NCBI GenBank assembly: GCA_043228905.1
Contig: JBHGNT010001350.1
Location: 1-9,570, forward strand
Source of the DNA: Azolla caroliniana
Lineage: Eukaryota > Plantae > Polypodiophyta
Direction of reading: 5' to 3'
Length of the DNA stretch: 9,570 bases
The notes under the pieces are model-generated. The model saw nothing but the letters and a program-made list of their open reading frames with translations. It was not told the DNA's origin and made no database searches. Shown one piece after another: positions 7,370 through 9,570 of the stretch. Position 1 is the stretch's first letter; each line of letters begins with the position of its first letter. Position numbers and translations under genes: made by a program.

Positions 7370-8584
7370 TTAGGCGGTGAATGGGTTAGGTGGCGTAGGG
7401 CCCAGGTAAGGTTTGAGCTGAAACCCATTCACCTTTTGTCGTACTACTTCTCCAGCCAGCGTTCCTAGTTGGAACGTGCCTTGTTCCACTCCAATTATCC
7501 AGTCTGGGCCGGTCCAACGGAAACGTAACTTCCCCGGCATATGGCCCATGCGCGTTTGAAAAACTAGCACCGCTCCGCCCACGGCGAACACCTTTTCCCT
7601 TGCGTTCCGATGTCGATCCACAAACGCTTTACACCATCGTTGTTCCTGTTCCAACACAGCCATGCTGTGGACGCGTTTTTCCCCTAGTTCGAGGAGCTGG
7701 TAGAGTCGTACCTCCTCCGACTTGGCTTCTGATAATCGGTTCCGTACCTGAATGCGCAAACTAGGTACCTGAAATTCGAACGGCATCACAGCCTCCAGTC
7801 CAAACGCTAGTCGGAACGGTGTTGATTGTATGCTTGTTTTGTAACTAGTTCTGTATGCCCATAACGCACTCTGTAGTTTGGTATCCCAGTTCGTTCTATT
7901 TTCATTGACGGTTTTCTTCAAAATGGTCTGTAATGTCTTGTTCGTGGATTCTGCTAATCCATTCGCCTGCGGATAATATGGCGTGCTCTTCTTGTGGACT
8001 ACGGCGTAATGATGTGTTAGTTCCCGAACCGCCGTATTGAGAAAGTGACTCCCCTGGTTATTGATGAGCTCAATCGGCACCAGATGTGTTCATAAAGGAA
8101 TCTGGCTGTGACGGCTGCCGTATTTTCACGTAGTGCCTTTGCTTCTACCCATTTGGTGCAGTAATCCGTGGCTACCAATATGTATTTATCGCCCGTACGG
8201 GCTGCCGCTGGTGTGAAGGGCCCTACAAAATCACATCCCCACTTTTGGAAGGGGTCTAGCGGTAATACGGGCTGGTGTGGCATCCTTGCGTCCTCCGCGG
8301 GCTGACCCATCCGTTGACACAAATCACACTTTCTACAATACTCGGATGTGTCCTTCTGCGTTGTTGGCCACCATAAGCCCGCCTGCCATACTTTTCAGGC
8401 TATCACGTCGCCCGCGTAATGGCCGCCTGCCGTGCCGCAGTGTGCCTCCCGTAAAACTGCTTCCTTCTCATCCTGACGGACCCCACATCGCCAAATGCCG
8501 TCACTTCCATTGTGATATAAAACGCCTTCGACGAGGCAGAAGTGACGGCTTCGAACGGCTAGTCGTTTCTTCTCGTCCGTGCGT
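7370..8584 (-). pseudogene. Gypsy integrase (HHCC zinc finger, DDE core, GPY/F-type C-terminus), disrupted
   Basis: EAHCGTAGGHYAG...CRKCDLCQR; WGCDFVGP; PIELINNQGSHF (second catalytic Asp of the usual SDQG reads Asn, 8057-8059); YYPQANGLAESTNK; KLRFRWTGP. There is a TGA at 8395-8397 and frameshifts at ~8584 and ~8078. Confidence 0.95.
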
Positions 8585-9570
8585 TTGTGGTGGAGGCAGT
8601 CCTGTAGTTAAAAAGTACGTCATTTCCATAAGCCATCGGTCCGGAAAGGTGGATTCCGTTTTTTCTGCAAGTGTCGCTACTCGCAGGATATCGGCGTCCG
8701 GAAAATCGTCGTCGTCTTTCTGTACTGTTTCTCCATTCTCGAGTCTACTCAAAAAATCCTCCACTGTGTGTTGCGTCCTTGGTCGGTGCTGAATTACGAA
8801 ATCGAATTCCTGGAGCAGGAGCATCCACCGCGCCAATTTCCTTGTCAGGGCTTGTTTCTCCACCAAATACAATAATGCCGAATGATCCACGTGGAACGTG
8901 AATTTCCTTCCTAATAAATAGTGTCGGAATTTATTGATGCTATAGATCATCCCTAGCGCCTCCCGCTCTGTTGTGGAATAGTTACGCTCTACTGCTGACA
9001 ATTTACGACTCGCGTAGTATACTGGCACGTACCAGTTTGGTTCGGTGAGCTACATTAGTGCGCTTCCTATTGCTATGTCCGAGGTGTCGACGAACACGTG
9101 GAATGGCTTCGCCCAAACTGGTGTTTGTACAACGGGAGCCTATGTGAGCATTATCTTAAGTGCCTCATAGGCCTTATCCTCCGTTGCAGTCCATTGGAAA
9201 GGAGTCTGATGTACGGCAACATGTAGCGGCATGGCGAAGTCCGCCAAATACCGTATCATCCGACTATGCCACCGTATTTGTCCTAAAAACCGGCTAAGTG
9301 ATTTGGCGTTTGTCGGAGTTTTGGCTTGCGTAATCGCGGAGATCTTGTTTGGGTCGACCGTTATTCCCTCTTTGTTGACTATGTGGCCTAGGAGAGTCCC
9401 GTTGGTCATGCCGAAGGCACATTTCGCGGGATTCAGGCTTAAGCGTGCGATGCGGCAACGTTCCAGGCACAATCGTAAGTGCGTAAAATGGTCTATTGTT
9501 TTCCCATATACCGCAAAGTCGTCTAGAAAAACTTGCATGAACGCTGGAATGTATTCCCCAAAGATCTCCG
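8585..9570 (-). pseudogene. Gypsy reverse transcriptase C-terminal half plus RNase H, disrupted
   Basis: EIFGEYIPAFMQVFLDDFAVYG (FLDD at 9529-9518), LNPAKCAFG, LLGHIV. RNase H motifs FHVFVDTSDIAIG, NYSTTEREALG, FTFHVDHSAL and EDFLSRL. In-frame TAG stops at 9140-9142 and 9050-9052. Confidence 0.96.

Larger units (their letters stand above)
3770..9570 (-). mobile_element. Ty3/gypsy LTR retrotransposon, non-chromovirus (Athila/Phygy-like), with an extra 3' ORF; continues beyond the window
   Basis: RT-RH-INT order on the minus strand, no chromodomain after the integrase, a 2.7-kb extra ORF and a terminal 440-bp LTR. The lineage call rests on motif resemblance (FLDD, LARWMLLLQEFD, SALWAYRTSYKT, KLRFRWTGP, VNGFQLKPY), not on a phylogeny. 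Confidence 0.93.

Noticed and set aside
8277-8901. Plus-strand ORFs 8277-8792 and 8671-8901
   Set aside because: Antisense shadows of RNase H/integrase.
5078-9142. Programmed TAG readthrough or an alternative genetic code
   Set aside because: The stops co-occur with frameshifts and a mutated catalytic Asp; C>T decay is the simpler explanation.

Overview
This window is plant-type, transposon-dense DNA with no intact host gene. The element types suggest a bryophyte such as Physcomitrium, but that is a low-confidence inference. (1) 1-~615: 3' remnant of a decayed, internally deleted Ty1/copia element on + (RT with YVDD, 39-bp repeat, PPT, LTR start). (2) ~616-3769: AT-rich, heavily decayed sequence with two LTR-like promoter segments, hairpins, and tandem and inverted repeats. 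(3) 3770-9570: right-truncated, mildly decayed non-chromovirus Ty3/gypsy element coded on the minus strand. It has RT(FLDD)-RNase H-integrase, then a ~910-codon extra ORF that the ORF track splits into six pieces, then a 440-bp LTR (TGTTG...CAACA). The main oddity is at the inner edge of that LTR, where the polypurine tract should be. There is no PPT. Instead, a tRNA primer-binding-site-like motif (CA-ct-TGGCACGCTTGTGGGAC) sits on the strand opposite to pol. This suggests either tRNA-primed second-strand synthesis or replication signals antisense to the genes. The element's other end, outside the window, would distinguish these.
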